A DNA stretch of 64,000 nt from Candidatus Bathyarchaeia archaeon (GCA_049516875.1 JBEKSS010000006.1:32001-96000), one strand, 5' to 3'. Numbered from the stretch's first letter, positions 19,370 through 31,400 are shown. Notes: a model not told the origin generated them from the letters alone. Numbers and translations are program-made.

Positions 19370-19617
19370 CCTTGACTCGGACGGCTATGGATAAATTCAA
19401 AAGTGTCATTTGAACACTGTATCACTAGATCATGTTTAGGTTCGCTATTCTTCACACGGGTCAAGACGTCCAACCTGCTCAAGAAGGCGGTGACCAAATC
19501 ATCTACGAGAATTTCCTGCATTTCCCTTGAAAGCGTACTAATGTTCGCCTTGAAGACTTTGCCCATCTCAGTTGCAAGTGCTTTTCTCTGTTTGGCCGAA
19601 ATGTTCTGCCTCAACAA
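19366..19617 (-). CDS. Small hypothetical protein
   Basis: 83-aa helical ORF after GGAGGAAGG SD. Confidence 0.65.
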   Translation of the reverse strand: MLRQNISAKQRKALATEMGKVFKANISTLSREMQEILVDDLVTAFLSRLDVLTRVKNSEPKHDLVIQCSNDTFEFIHSRPSQG

Positions 19618-20116
19618 CCTTCCTCCATTTTAAGTCAAATGAGACCTGCGGCATTTAATTGGCTTATGAAGATGAAATATGAATTACCGATTAGGATGGC
19701 AATTCCTCTCCTAGGCTTCATATTCTTCTGTTCATTTTGGCTGTTCTCTTAGATGAAAAGGCTACGTTTTGACCAATGTAGTCCAAGCTTGTTTGTTCTG
19801 ACTTAAACAACACAACAGACAAGGCAATAACGTACATAGAATTGAGAGTAAGCATGAATCCGAGACCAAGAAATCGCCACTTCTCTGAATACTAAATGCA
19901 CTTCGTGTGCATTAGGCGATTATCCAAGCGTCTGGATTCTGATATCTGACTTTAACAGTTCCATTCCAGATTATGTCTGCTAAGGCAAGAAAATCTCTGC
20001 TTGCGAGTCTTCTTTTTCTGTTCATTTCCAGACACTGATAGACCTATTCGTAAATCACAATATTAACAAAATTTCAAGCATGCAAATATGTCGCAAATCG
20101 ATACGTCGAGTAGAAA

Positions 20117-21358
20117 TCAAGGCCGATTCTGCTTAATGCTCTCTTTCGCCAAACTAGGCAAAATTTCCCTTATTTTGGAAGCAGGGGCATTTGACCTAAT
20201 CCCTCGTGAACTGAAATGTGTTAGAGAAGCTTGAAAGCCTTCTCGTGTCAAGGCTTCAACCACTTTCTTGACGGGTGGAACTGGAAGGTTCAAGGAGTCG
20301 CACAGTCTGTCGACTACGTAATAAGTAATCGGCGCTTCAACTTCGGTTCTGATGACGGCGAGAATTCTTTGTATTTTATGCGCAAGCCCAAGTCTTCGCT
20401 GGTGGACTTCGTTTTCCATGAGTTCACAAAAACGCGAATCAAATAGTCTGCCAAGCCACAGAGGCCCGGCGATGTTGAGTTTTGACCCGCATTCGCTGCA
20501 TCTATCTGAGCGATGAACCATAAACATTTTGTCCACTTTTTCTCTGTGGAAACATTTGAAGCAGTGCAGTATGTACCCCATGTTTGTGATGCTTTCATCA
20601 GCGTTCTTGGCGCCATATTGTATGGTCGCATAGGCTCTGACGTAGTGTTCTGCTCGGTGACTGAAAACCAAGTTCACACCGATGTCGTGTTTTGCTGCCG
20701 TTGTGGTCAGGCAGCCGGCTAAGAGTCTTACGGCCAATTCATGGCAGTACTCCGTTCTCAGCGGTTTTCCTCCGTACTTTCTGATGCATGCCCTCGGATG
20801 TACTCCGCACAGAGGTGCCATGTCTGTTGCAGTTAGGGCTAGGAGGCCTCCGTTGCGTAATGCTCGGACGGCAGAGTCGAGGAAGCGCACTGGAGAGCCA
20901 AAGGGATCTATGTCTATTGCGTCAAATCGCCTGTGCGGTGCGCTGTGGCGGCTCAGAAGAAGATTTGCTTCTTCATGCTTCACAGTTACCTTTTCAGCTA
21001 ATCCGTTTAATCGCACGTTCAAGCTGGCGAGCCGGAAGGCTCTCTCGCTTATATCATTCATCACGGCCTTCTTGACACCTTCTACCTCCGCTGCGAAACG
21101 AATCCCTCTAAGCCCGCAGCCGGTCAGAGGTTCGCAAACAATGATTTCGCGGTTGACTATCCTTTGGTAGGCTTGCAGGGCTAGAACAGCTAGATCACGG
21201 TTCAATTCCATAACTGGGTTGTAGAACACGGGAGCTTTTGAGGGCGCGTAATCGGAGGGCAGCCTTACAAATGCTTCAAGCCTCGGGACGAGTGTCTCAA
21301 CCCTGCCTTCTTTGACTGTTACTGTTGGAAAATCAGGCTTCAAATCCTCGCGAGCCAT
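20117..21358 (-). CDS. trm1: tRNA (guanine26-N2)-dimethyltransferase
   Basis: VFYNPVMELNRD, DIDPFGSP, TATD, GPLWLG. Confidence 0.95.
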   Translation of the reverse strand: MAREDLKPDFPTVTVKEGRVETLVPRLEAFVRLPSDYAPSKAPVFYNPVMELNRDLAVLALQAYQRIVNREIIVCEPLTGCGLRGIRFAAEVEGVKKAVMNDISERAFRLASLNVRLNGLAEKVTVKHEEANLLLSRHSAPHRRFDAIDIDPFGSPVRFLDSAVRALRNGGLLALTATDMAPLCGVHPRACIRKYGGKPLRTEYCHELAVRLLAGCLTTTAAKHDIGVNLVFSHRAEHYVRAYATIQYGAKNADESITNMGYILHCFKCFHREKVDKMFMVHRSDRCSECGSKLNIAGPLWLGRLFDSRFCELMENEVHQRRLGLAHKIQRILAVIRTEVEAPITYYVVDRLCDSLNLPVPPVKKVVEALTREGFQASLTHFSSRGIRSNAPASKIREILPSLAKESIKQNRP

Positions 21359-21436
21359 GATTTGTCTATTTCCTAGTTAAGATTACGAAAAACCCTTTTA
21401 GGCCAATATTAGACTTCTGGTTGCAGGGCGGGACTG

Positions 21437-21994
21437 TTGACGAAGAGAATATTGTTATTAACTGGCACCCCGGGCGTGGGAAAGACGTCGGTTCTGCTGA
21501 GAATCGTTGAGTCTTTGAAGGCCAAGGGCTACAAAGTTGGCGGTATGGTGAGCCGCGAGGTCCGAGTGGGGGGCGGTCGAGTGGGCTTCGAAATCCTTGA
21601 CCTGAACACGGGCAGAAAGGGTTGGCTTGCCCATGTGGGTCAAAAACAGGGTCGACAAGTTGGCAGGTACCGAGTGAACCTTGGAGATCTTGCCGGCATC
21701 GGCGTGGAAGCGATAACGAATGCTGTTACTAGATCTGACGTAATTATTATTGATGAAATCGGGCCGATGGAGCTTTGCTCTCCGAAGTTCAAGGAGGCTG
21801 TCAGAAAGGCTGCTGAGAGTCCGAAGCTCATAATAGGCGTTGTTCATTGGAAGGCAGCGGATAGCCTAATAGCTGAAATAAAGGGGAGGGACGATGCTGA
21901 AGTGCATTTGGTCACTCTTGAAAACAGGGGAAGCTTGCATGGGTTGGTGTTTGGACAAGCTCTTGATTTCCTTTCAGGAACTGCGCGAGAATAA
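21437..21994 (+). CDS. Nucleoside-triphosphatase, THEP1 family
   Basis: GTPGVGKT, IIIDEIGPME. Confidence 0.92.
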   Translation: MTKRILLLTGTPGVGKTSVLLRIVESLKAKGYKVGGMVSREVRVGGGRVGFEILDLNTGRKGWLAHVGQKQGRQVGRYRVNLGDLAGIGVEAITNAVTRSDVIIIDEIGPMELCSPKFKEAVRKAAESPKLIIGVVHWKAADSLIAEIKGRDDAEVHLVTLENRGSLHGLVFGQALDFLSGTARE

Positions 21995-22047
21995 AGCATT
22001 ATTACTCTAAAGTTGAGATAGGCTTCTGAGAGACGAGATGGATTTCG

Positions 22048-22710
22048 ATGCTGATTGCTGGTGTGGACGACGCGGGACGCGGCGCCGTGATCGGGCCGTT
22101 GGTTATCGCTGGAGTTCTGGTAAAGGAAGAGGATTTGCCGAGGCTCAAGGAGTTGGGAGTCAAGGATTCGAAGCTGCTGTCTCCTCGTAGACGTGAGATT
22201 CTTGCTGTTGAAATCAGAAGGATTGCTGAGAACTTTAACGTGATGAAGCTTTCGCCGAGAGAAATCGATGTCGTTGTTAACAGCGGCAGAAAACTTCACA
22301 AGCTTAATTATCTGGAGGCACAGACGATGGCCAGGGTTATAGAAGCGCTCAGGCCGGACATTGTTTATGTTGACGCCTCGGATGTTCTGGAAGAGCGGTT
22401 TAAGCAGCACATTTTGGAGTGCATGTCTTTCAAGGTTAACATCATTTCGGAACACAAGGCTGACAGAAACTACGTTGTTGTGTCAGCAGCTTCGATAATC
22501 GCCAAGGTGGAGAGAGACGAAGCGATTGCAGAACTGGCGAAGACTTTGGGAGATTTTGGATCGGGTTATCCTTCAGACCCAAGAACGATGAGTTTTCTGA
22601 AAGAGTGTTGCGAAAAACTGGAGGAGTACCCGGATTATGTCAGAAAATCTTGGAAACCGGCCAAGAGAGTCAAAGACGAGAAAGGTTCTCAGCAGACAAG
22701 GCTTATCTGA
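22048..22710 (+). CDS. rnhB: Ribonuclease HII
   Basis: GVDDAGRG, DSKLL, SAASIIAKV, GSGYPSDP. Confidence 0.96.
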   Translation: MLIAGVDDAGRGAVIGPLVIAGVLVKEEDLPRLKELGVKDSKLLSPRRREILAVEIRRIAENFNVMKLSPREIDVVVNSGRKLHKLNYLEAQTMARVIEALRPDIVYVDASDVLEERFKQHILECMSFKVNIISEHKADRNYVVVSAASIIAKVERDEAIAELAKTLGDFGSGYPSDPRTMSFLKECCEKLEEYPDYVRKSWKPAKRVKDEKGSQQTRLI

Positions 22711-23653
22711 CGCTTGCGAGTAGATCTTCAGGGTTCTTGATTCTGGAAGCGTCCTCGCTGCTAATGCAAGGGATGTTTTTTTCTGGTTGCTGCTCGTCCT
22801 CCGTTATGAGTATTGGACGTGCCCGGGTGACTCTGCTGACACTCAGTATTTCATCCACCCTTTTGTCCAGTTCCAGTTCTTTCCTGTTTGCGATACCGCC
22901 GATTATCCTCATTCTCTCTTCTGGAGCGCTTATTACGAAATCAAAAGGTGCCCTCTTAACCGCTGTGACGTGATAGTGGACCCATCTTCTGAGAATCTTG
23001 CTGAGAATCCTGTTTCTTGCAAGCATAAGCTTTGCTGTCGTCAGCACGCACGATTTGCGTTGATTCTCTGGCTTCTCAAGAATGTTCACTGATTTTGCGA
23101 CTGGGATTCCCAGCGCCCAAATCAAGTTGTAAGCTGCCGTCACTGAGGCTTTCGCCATGCCCCGCTCGTAGCCGTAAATCGTTCTTCGGGACGTGCTCAC
23201 CATCTCAGCCACTTCACCTGCTGACAACCCTAGTTCCTGTCTTCTCCGTTTCAGTGCCTCGCGGTCAATCTCGACGTAGTAGCCGCCAGGATTGGCTTGA
23301 ATCAGTGGGCGTATGTTGTGAAGCACGACGTTCTTGAAGGTTCTTGGGGTGACGGCCAGAATATCGTGTCTCGTGTATACTGTGTCGTCTTGCAGGGGTT
23401 TTTCACGTGCTTCCTCGCCTATTAACAGGCAAGGCGCTGAGAAAGTTTCGGATATAGCTTTCAACTCTGTTGAATCGTTTGTTGAGAGGCTTCCGATGTC
23501 GGGTTGAACCCTCATGAAAATGAGAGTTTCACCTTTGCGGGCTGCAAGGTCGAAGCAGCTCGGCCGCGAACGGCAGGGTTCAGAAACAGTAAACCCGGCT
23601 TCTCTTAGTGTGGATTCTGCGGCTCTTAAGCCCATCCTCACCAAGCAAGCCAT
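22703..23653 (-). CDS. Archaeal Cro/C1-type HTH regulator (COG1395-like)
   Basis: SCFDLAAR N-terminal nuclease-like domain; GGYYVEID followed by HTH (LGLSAGEVAE...IYGYE). Confidence 0.85.
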   Translation of the reverse strand: MACLVRMGLRAAESTLREAGFTVSEPCRSRPSCFDLAARKGETLIFMRVQPDIGSLSTNDSTELKAISETFSAPCLLIGEEAREKPLQDDTVYTRHDILAVTPRTFKNVVLHNIRPLIQANPGGYYVEIDREALKRRRQELGLSAGEVAEMVSTSRRTIYGYERGMAKASVTAAYNLIWALGIPVAKSVNILEKPENQRKSCVLTTAKLMLARNRILSKILRRWVHYHVTAVKRAPFDFVISAPEERMRIIGGIANRKELELDKRVDEILSVSRVTRARPILITEDEQQPEKNIPCISSEDASRIKNPEDLLASVR

Positions 23654-23895
23654 GGAATCGCCACGTAGGATAACCCAGTGCAGTGAAGGATATAAACTAT
23701 ATGACGAGTATCACAATGGGAGGATGCCTGTGGTTAGACAGAAAGTGAACATATTTCACTGTCGAGCCATTTCAGAATCAAATGCAACAAACCTGAGTCG
23801 TGAATCTGGGCAGAAAGAAATAACAGTTACAAGAATGTTTTGAAGGTTGTCCCCATTTGTCAACACAATGAGCATGATTTGGTTGGCTTCCCAGG

Positions 23896-24597
23896 TCATG
23901 TATTGCTTTGAGCCACTATCATTGCGTGTGCCTTGTCGTAGGGTTCCAGGTACACAGTCTGTTCCGTGCGGAAACCGCGTTTTTCCAGCACTTTGATTTC
24001 GCGTTTGTAGATTTCTGATGGCTCTTTTGTCACGTCTATGCTTTGGGCTTTCACGGCCAGCATTATCCATCCTGAGTTCTTGAGGAACAGGTCGGCGTTG
24101 TCTGCTAAAATTTTTGCTTGCTCAGACTGGGCTATGTCGCAGTAGATGTCATCGACCTTTCTGGTGATGAATATCGCATATTTTTCTGGAAAGCGTGCAT
24201 CTTCGAGTATGGGCGACATGTTTAGCCTGTAATTGCACACGTTGTCCACTAGATCCCTTATTGATCTTGAAGCAAACTCTACGCAGTACACGTGGCCTTT
24301 TTCGCCTATTATGTCTGAAACGTGGCTGGCCGTTGTCCCTGAGGCTGCGCCCAGGTAAAGGACTGTGTGCCCCGGTTTTATCGGGATTGTGTTTAAACCT
24401 TTCAGAATTGCCGCGGCAAGTTTGCTTCTGAACGCGTCCCATACGCGGTATTCTGCGCCATCAAACCTTACGAGCCTTTCTCCGTAGACGTTCCTTCCGT
24501 GCGACAGGTTTTTTGTCGCGAGCCGTTGTGCACCTTCTTCAAGCATCACTTGATATACAGCTTGAAACTGGGGGTGTGGCTTTACCTTAACGTTCAC
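23896..24597 (-). CDS. flpA: Fibrillarin-like rRNA/tRNA 2'-O-methyltransferase
   Basis: VYGE, RSKLAAAI, VLYLGAASGTT, LEPYDKAH. Confidence 0.96.
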   Translation of the reverse strand: MNVKVKPHPQFQAVYQVMLEEGAQRLATKNLSHGRNVYGERLVRFDGAEYRVWDAFRSKLAAAILKGLNTIPIKPGHTVLYLGAASGTTASHVSDIIGEKGHVYCVEFASRSIRDLVDNVCNYRLNMSPILEDARFPEKYAIFITRKVDDIYCDIAQSEQAKILADNADLFLKNSGWIMLAVKAQSIDVTKEPSEIYKREIKVLEKRGFRTEQTVYLEPYDKAHAMIVAQSNT

Positions 24598-25816
24598 GCT
24601 TATGCTTTCTCCACTTGTCCGTTCTAGGTTTCTCACTCCTAGTTTTCACAGCTGGCATTGGCGGAGGCTGATCGTATTTCTTGTGGATTTCGTCGATTCG
24701 TTTGTCCAGGACGGCTTTCAGTTCTGCTCCTATTTGCCTTCTTCCGAAAGCGTCCGCTCTCGTGGCTATGGCCAACTTCCCCGCCAGTGCCCTGGCAATT
24801 TTCCCCCTCTGCCATCTTTTCGCGTCATGTATCATGGTGTGCTGGAAGATCATGCCGTGTTTTGGCGGTCTTGTCCCTGTTTTCAGTGAACGGAACAGGG
24901 CTTTCTCGGCACCCAGTATCTGGATTGTGCTTGCAGGTCTTTTGGCAAGGTTTGTCAAACCTCCAGCTACTGCTATCAAACGTGCTCCTAGGAGGGAGCC
25001 TACCATGTACTTCGTGTTCGGTGCTACCTCCTCCATGGTTGAGTCAAGGTAGCCCTCCAGGTTTTGCCTCAACTGATACAGGCGAGTTACGTCTCTGCAG
25101 AGGGCTTGAATCTGGGCTAGGTCTGCTTCTGCGAGATCTGCGCCCATGGATTTTTCAGCCACTTTGGCGATTCCCTCAGCTTTCGCCTTCGGAACTTCCT
25201 CTTTTTCAAGTCTTTCAACCGTGAAATTCTCTTTGCTGCCAAGATCCACAACCAGGCGAGCGTAAGTCTCATGCTTTTCCAGCAGCCTGTCGAGTTCTGG
25301 AAAGTGTATTCCGTACCATTCTCTCACGCGTGCCATGAGCATGTTTATCGTCTTGTCCAGCTCATCGAGAGTCTGGATGGCTTGAGCTACAACCAGGTCT
25401 CTCTTCTCCACAGCGCCCTTAACCCGCAACTTGGCGGTTTCCACCGCGAAATCGTGCATCCACAAGCCGAAGTCCTTGGAGTTTCTTACGAAGCCTGTTT
25501 CTACCGCAATTGTTTCAGTTTTTGAACGAACCAGTTCTCCAGCTGGCGAACGTTTGTCAACCTCAACACTGACGTTGAATCTCCTTTCAACAGTTTTGGC
25601 AAGGCTCGGGTTCTCGAAAACGAAGGCGTCATAGCCTTTGTCCTTAAGAGTGTCCATCAGGCTTTGAATCGCATCAACCATTTTACCGGCCTCAATGTCC
25701 AAAAGCGTTTGGGCCGCGACCTGCGGTTTCTTTTGGAACAACGCCTTGTCGACGAGCTCGTTTTCTTCGTTGAAAGCCAGTATGCCGAAGGAACACTCAA
25801 TCAGCGTCACTTTCAC
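24587..25816 (-). CDS. nop5: C/D box sRNP protein Nop5 (Nop56/58)
   Basis: REWYGIHFPEL, PASTIQILGAEKALF, PPKHG. Confidence 0.96.
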   Translation of the reverse strand: MKVTLIECSFGILAFNEENELVDKALFQKKPQVAAQTLLDIEAGKMVDAIQSLMDTLKDKGYDAFVFENPSLAKTVERRFNVSVEVDKRSPAGELVRSKTETIAVETGFVRNSKDFGLWMHDFAVETAKLRVKGAVEKRDLVVAQAIQTLDELDKTINMLMARVREWYGIHFPELDRLLEKHETYARLVVDLGSKENFTVERLEKEEVPKAKAEGIAKVAEKSMGADLAEADLAQIQALCRDVTRLYQLRQNLEGYLDSTMEEVAPNTKYMVGSLLGARLIAVAGGLTNLAKRPASTIQILGAEKALFRSLKTGTRPPKHGMIFQHTMIHDAKRWQRGKIARALAGKLAIATRADAFGRRQIGAELKAVLDKRIDEIHKKYDQPPPMPAVKTRSEKPRTDKWRKHKRER

Positions 25817-26072
25817 AACTTGTCCCTCAGCATCAACTAACCTCAGCTTTGTCTTTAATAAGGTATCGCAGCCTAACCTTGTTCGTCAGAGTCTTTTCTT
25901 TGTTGTTTTTGCATGGACTAGTGGCTGAGACTGAGGTAGAAAAATCTATTAAACCTAGGTTTAAACCACCGATGCAGCTTCCTTCACGCATTCTCATGGA
26001 AAAGCTAAAATAGGTTAAGCTCCGAGCTAATTTCCTACTTGTAAAGTGTTGTAGAGGAGGCGACAAGAGAAT

Positions 26073-26270
26073 TTGGATAAGAGGATTCTTGCTTTGGGCA
26101 TAGTGCTGATCATCATTGCTATAATGCTAGGCGCAGTTCAACATTTCGTCATGAACCTCTATGGCAGCACAGACAACAGATGGTACTTCTGGGGTTTGGT
26201 CGGAATCATCGGATTGATCGGCATCATCCTTGCAGCTTGCTCCTACATGAGGAATCCGAAGAAGCAGTAG
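26073..26270 (+). CDS. Small 2-TM membrane protein
   Basis: Two hydrophobic helices; GGAGG upstream. Confidence 0.65.
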   Translation: MDKRILALGIVLIIIAIMLGAVQHFVMNLYGSTDNRWYFWGLVGIIGLIGIILAACSYMRNPKKQ

Positions 26271-26483
26271 CGTCCTTGCTGTCGTTTGACAGTGAGGGAC
26301 GTCCAGCATTTTTTTAGTCTTAACATCCAGAAGGAGTAAAGCCGGATTTCCTCGGATATGTCTGTATTTCACGGAAAACTGGGTTTTGAGGCTCTTAGAA
26401 GTGCAAGCGATATATGCTTCGTCCGCAGAAAACAATGCTTTAATAATGAATATGTTATCGTTACTGAAAAGATGCTCGCGGGG

Positions 26484-27410
26484 ATGGGGTTGAAAGAAAG
26501 CGGTCTAACAATTGATCTGGCAGGTCTGCAACTTGCTAACCCGACTGTGCTGGCTTCAGGAATCTTGGGCTACTCCACAGAAACGTTGGAAAGGCTTGTG
26601 AAAGGCGGCGCTGGAGCAGTGGTCACGAAATCCATCGGACTAAGAGCGAGGAAAGGCTACGCAAACCCAACAGTTGTTCAGGCAAGCTGCGGCTTGATCA
26701 ACGCGATGGGACTGCCCAATCCTGGAATCGACGAATATGTCAAGGAATTTCGTCAGGCCAAAGACGTTCTTAATGTCCCCTCGATCATGAGCGTCTATGG
26801 CTATACAGCAGAAGAGTATGCAACCCTTGCCAAGAAAGCCACGGCTGCAGGTGCCGATGCTGTGGAACTCAACGTGTCGTGCCCTCACGTTAAGGATACT
26901 GGTTCAGAGATCGGACAATGCCCAGAAGTTCTCGATGAGGTTGTCAGAAAAGTCAGGGCCTCTGTCAGCAAGCCTGTTTTTGTCAAGTTGTCCCCTAACA
27001 TCACAAGCATGGCAGACGTCGCTGAAGTCGCAGTTAAGGCTGGTGCCGATGGTCTGACGATTATGAACACCGTTAAGGCGATGGCTATAGACGTTGAGAC
27101 TGCCATGCCGATTCTGGGTAACAGGGTTGGGGGGCTTTCAGGTCCGGCAATAAAGCCCATAGCGCTCAGGTGCGTGTACGACGTTTATGAACGCGTCAAG
27201 GTTCCAATCATGGGATGTGGGGGAATCGTGGACTGGCGTGACGCAGTGGAGTTTCTGCTTGCTGGGGCCTCGGTCGTTCAAATCGGCACAGCCATATCCT
27301 TCAAGGGGGCGAACGTGTTCAGAGGGGTCGCGCTCGGAATAGAAAGATATCTCCAGAGCAAACATTTCGAGAAGGTGGAGGAGATTGTCGGTTTATCACA
27401 TCGCAGCTAA
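26484..27410 (+). CDS. pyrD: Dihydroorotate dehydrogenase 1B catalytic subunit
   Basis: NAMGLPNPG, ELNVSCPH, VKLSPN, GGLSG. Confidence 0.95.
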   Translation: MGLKESGLTIDLAGLQLANPTVLASGILGYSTETLERLVKGGAGAVVTKSIGLRARKGYANPTVVQASCGLINAMGLPNPGIDEYVKEFRQAKDVLNVPSIMSVYGYTAEEYATLAKKATAAGADAVELNVSCPHVKDTGSEIGQCPEVLDEVVRKVRASVSKPVFVKLSPNITSMADVAEVAVKAGADGLTIMNTVKAMAIDVETAMPILGNRVGGLSGPAIKPIALRCVYDVYERVKVPIMGCGGIVDWRDAVEFLLAGASVVQIGTAISFKGANVFRGVALGIERYLQSKHFEKVEEIVGLSHRS

Positions 27411-28215
27411 TCGACTAAGGACAACATCAATTTTGGCCGTCAAGGCCGAGAGTCCAACCGTAAAGACTTTCACCTTCAAAGACGCGCAGTGCGCCAAGGC
27501 CCAACCTGGCCAGTTCGTGATGCTTTGGATTCCCGGTGTGGATGAGATCCCCCTGAGCATACTTGACGCTAACGAAGACGGTCTAGTATCAGTGGCGGTC
27601 AAGAGGGTGGGCGAAGCAACACAAGCGTTGCACGAGGCAAAGGCAGGCCACTTCCTAGGAGTCCGCGGACCCTTCGGCAACAGGTTCGCCATGGTTAAAG
27701 GAAGGGTGCTCATGGTTGCAGGGGGTACAGGCACAGCCCCCCTGCTGTTTCTAGCCAAAAGACTGGGGCCCAGAATGGCGAGGGGTGTCTTCGTTCTGGG
27801 CGCAAAAACCATGAATGAAATGCTCTTCATGAATCAGCTTCAACAGATTCTGGGCAAAAGCCAAACCCAGCTCATAGCCTCGACCGAGGACGGCAGCTGC
27901 GGTGTCACAGGCTTGTGCACAGAGCCCGTGGAGCAGGTTTTGGCCAAAGAGAAATTCAACATCATCTACGCGTGTGGGCCCGAAAAGATGATTCGGGAAG
28001 TGTTCGAACTCGCAGAAGAAAATCGAACAAACCTAGAAGCAAGCCTTGAACGCCTGATGCGCTGTGCCATAGGCCTCTGCGGAAGCTGTACAATAGGCAA
28101 GTACCGCGTGTGCACAGACGGCCCAGTATTCACTTCAAAACAATTCAGAGAAGTCAAAACAGAGTTCGGAAACTCAAAACGCGATCCCACTGGACGAAGA
28201 ATACCCCTAGACTAG
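27385..28215 (+). CDS. pyrK: Dihydroorotate dehydrogenase electron-transfer subunit
   Basis: PGQF, RGPFG, GGTG, CAIGLCGSC...C 2Fe-2S motif. Confidence 0.95.
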   Translation: MSVYHIAANRLRTTSILAVKAESPTVKTFTFKDAQCAKAQPGQFVMLWIPGVDEIPLSILDANEDGLVSVAVKRVGEATQALHEAKAGHFLGVRGPFGNRFAMVKGRVLMVAGGTGTAPLLFLAKRLGPRMARGVFVLGAKTMNEMLFMNQLQQILGKSQTQLIASTEDGSCGVTGLCTEPVEQVLAKEKFNIIYACGPEKMIREVFELAEENRTNLEASLERLMRCAIGLCGSCTIGKYRVCTDGPVFTSKQFREVKTEFGNSKRDPTGRRIPLD

Positions 28216-28431
28216 ACAAGGGAGCGCAGACAAACCGCCTGCAAAACGTCCTCGCAGTGAACGATTTCCGGCCTTGTCCAAACAAAGATGCACCAAGATT
28301 GAGTATTCAGAGAGGTTTCCGCCGAGACGATCAAGCACAGAAGCTCTGTCACTCGTGTTTAGGAGCGATAAGTAAAGGTTATATGTTGCTGGCGCTATTC
28401 TGATGTGTTTGCGGGTGCAATGTGATGAAAG

Positions 28432-31400
28432 GTGACCGCCAAATTCGGAACTACTTCTGAAAAAGGCTTGACGGCAGATTATCGCCCGCTTGAACTTGAG
28501 AAAGAAATACGTGAATTCTGGGAAAGAAACCGTGTGCAACAGAAGCTGACGCTTTTCAAAGAGAAGAACAACAACGGCGTCTTGGGCTACGTGGAAGGGC
28601 CGCCTACGCTTAACGGCATACCCCATGTGGGTCATGCGAGAGGCCGCGTTATGAAGGATCTTCGCTACCGATGGAAAACGATGCAGGGCTACTACGTACC
28701 TTTCTGGGCCGGATGGGACTGTCAAGGCTTGCCAGTGGAGTTAGAAGTGGAAAAGCTGCTGGGAGTGAAGAACAAGCGGGAACTGCTGGAAAAAGTGGGA
28801 ATGGAACACTTCATACGGGAATGCAAGAAAGCCATAATGAAATATCATAAGGAATGGGTGGCAGTTGACAGCAGACTCGGCGTCTTCATGGATCATGGCA
28901 AGGCGTACTGGACCTACAAAGATGAGTATATTGAAAGGGAATGGCAAATCCTCAAGCGTGCTTGGGACCAAGGCCTGCTGGAAGAAGGATACTATGTGGT
29001 CGCCTACTGCCCAGGCTGTCAAACAAGCTTGAGCAGCGCAGAGGTAGGCTACGAAGGCGCATACAAAGTAGTCGAGGATCCGAGCCTGTACTTCAAATTC
29101 AAACTCGCCGGCAGGCGGGACGAGTACTTCCTCGTCTGGACGACTATGCCTTTCACCCTCATAACCGACACGATGCTGGCCGTGCATCCTGAAGCAGAAT
29201 ACGCGAAAGTCAAAGTCAACGAAGAAAAATGGATACTTGCCAAGCCACGCGTTCAGCCAGTCATGCAGGAGTTAGGAATGGAAAAATACGAAATGATAGA
29301 AACTGTGATGGGAAAAGACCTTGAAGGAACGGGGTATGACTATCCGTTCAAGGACATAGTTCCTGAACAAGCAGAGCTTGAGAAAAAACATCCACTTGTA
29401 CATAAGGTAATACTTGAAGACTTCGTAGACGTGAACACCGCAACAGGAGTCGTGCACCAATCGCCAGGAAACGGTGAAGAGGACTTTTTCGCTGCACAAA
29501 AAAGAGGCGTTCCAATCTTCGCACCCTTCGACGACGAAGTCAAGTTCACAAAAGAAGCGGGGGTTTTCAACGGCAAATTCGCAAGAGACACGGACGCCAT
29601 TGTGGTTGAGGAACTGCGAAAGAGAGGCCTACTCGTTTCAGCTGAAACCCTGAAACATGAATATCCAACGTGCTGGCGTTCCCACCACAAGCTTGTGTGG
29701 TTAGCTAGAAAAGAGTACTTTCTGAGGACTGACAGAATAAGCTCGAAAGTCTTGGAAGCGGCTGAGAGAGTGAACTACTTTTACGAAAGCCCAAGAAACC
29801 GTTTCATATCCTTCTTGAAAGAAGGCAAACCGTGGTGCATATCCCGAGAGCGAGTCTGGGGAGCACCATTGCCTGTATGGAAATGCGAAAAGTGCGGAAC
29901 ACAAACACTTGTGGCAAGCAAGAAAGAACTTCTCGCGAAAGCTCAAGAGGAGCCACAGGCAGACTTTGAACTGCACAAACCATGGGTAGACCGCATAACC
30001 TTCAAATGCGAAAAATGCGGAGGGGTAATGCGCAGAGAAGATTTCGTGCTCGACGCTTGGCACAACAGTGGAGCGTCACCCTACGCCAGATTCACGGATG
30101 AAGAATTCAAAAAGTACGTGCCAGTCGACTATCTCACAGAAGCCATGGACCAGACAAGAGGATGGGCAAACACGCTGCTCTTGGAATACGTTATACTGAC
30201 CGGAAAAGCAGAACCGCCCTACAGGGCGTTCCTGTTTCAGGGTCTAACCCAGGATGCCCAAGGCAGAAAAATGAGTAAGAGCCTCGGAAACGTGATAGAG
30301 GCAAATAAAGCACTGGAGAAATATTCCTCGGACGTTTTCAGATTTTACGTGCTGAGAAAATGTCCTCCGCCGGATTCAAACGATTTTGATCCTCAAGAAC
30401 TGAGCCGGCGTCCGTATCAAGTGCTGTCCACGTTGTACCATCTCAGTAGATTCTTCGCTCAAAACTCCGAATTCGACGGCTTTGATCCTGAAGAACACAC
30501 GCTTGAATCTGCAAAACGTGGAAAGCAGTTGAAAAGCCCAGACCTGTGGCTCCTTTCAAGGCTTCAACTAACAATAGAGACCTATACGGCAAAGCTGGAA
30601 TCATGCGAATTCAACGTAGCCCTCGCTGCATTGGAAGATGCGGTAATAGAAGATCTGAGCAGACTTTACGTGCCCATGGTTCGGAAGGAACTGTGGACAG
30701 ACGACCCAGAGACTCTGGGCAGAAGGCTCGCGGTGTACTCGACACTATGGTATGTGCTCAAAACTATAACGCTGCTCTTCAATCCCGTTACGCCTTGCCT
30801 CAGTGAGGCGCTGTATCAGAAGGTCTACAGACAACTCGACTCAACGCTTCCCGAAACAGTGAATCTTGAAGACTGGCCGAAACCCGACGAAAGACTTCGT
30901 GACAGGGCAACAGAGGAGGACTTTCAGACACTGTTCAGCACAGTGTCACTGGTCTATTCCGCGAGGCAGAATGCTAAGCTGAAGAGAAGATGGCCTCTCA
31001 GCAAGATAGTGATAGTGGCTCCTGAAAGAGTCCGCAGGGCCCTCAAGAACGTCGAAGACCAGCTCCTAGAACTGACAAACGTCAAAACCGTCGAGTACCC
31101 TGAAACGGCCCCTCAATATGTCGCCGCAGAAGGTTGGACATCCGCGTCCGAGCACGATACACAAGTCTTCTTAGACGCCCATCGTGACCAGAAACTACTT
31201 GGCGAAGGATTGATGCGAGACTTGGCCAGAAGAGTACAGGTCCTTAGGAAAGAACTCGGGTACATGCCAACCGACGTGCTAGACGCCGTCCACATAGCTG
31301 AACTTGACCAGGAAACCATCCAACTCCTTCAACCCTACCTGCAACACATGAAGGAGCTTACACGCACAAAGAACATCCATCTGCGAATCAAACGCGAAGA

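Noticed and set aside
19620-20110. Gene or ncRNA in a 490-bp spacer
   Set aside because: Only one short hairpin and no convincing reading frame in the frames checked
28297-28309. Extra copy of the TTGAGTACTCAA repeat (GATTGAGTATTCA)
   Set aside because: Only 12/13 nt, second palindrome absent; could be chance
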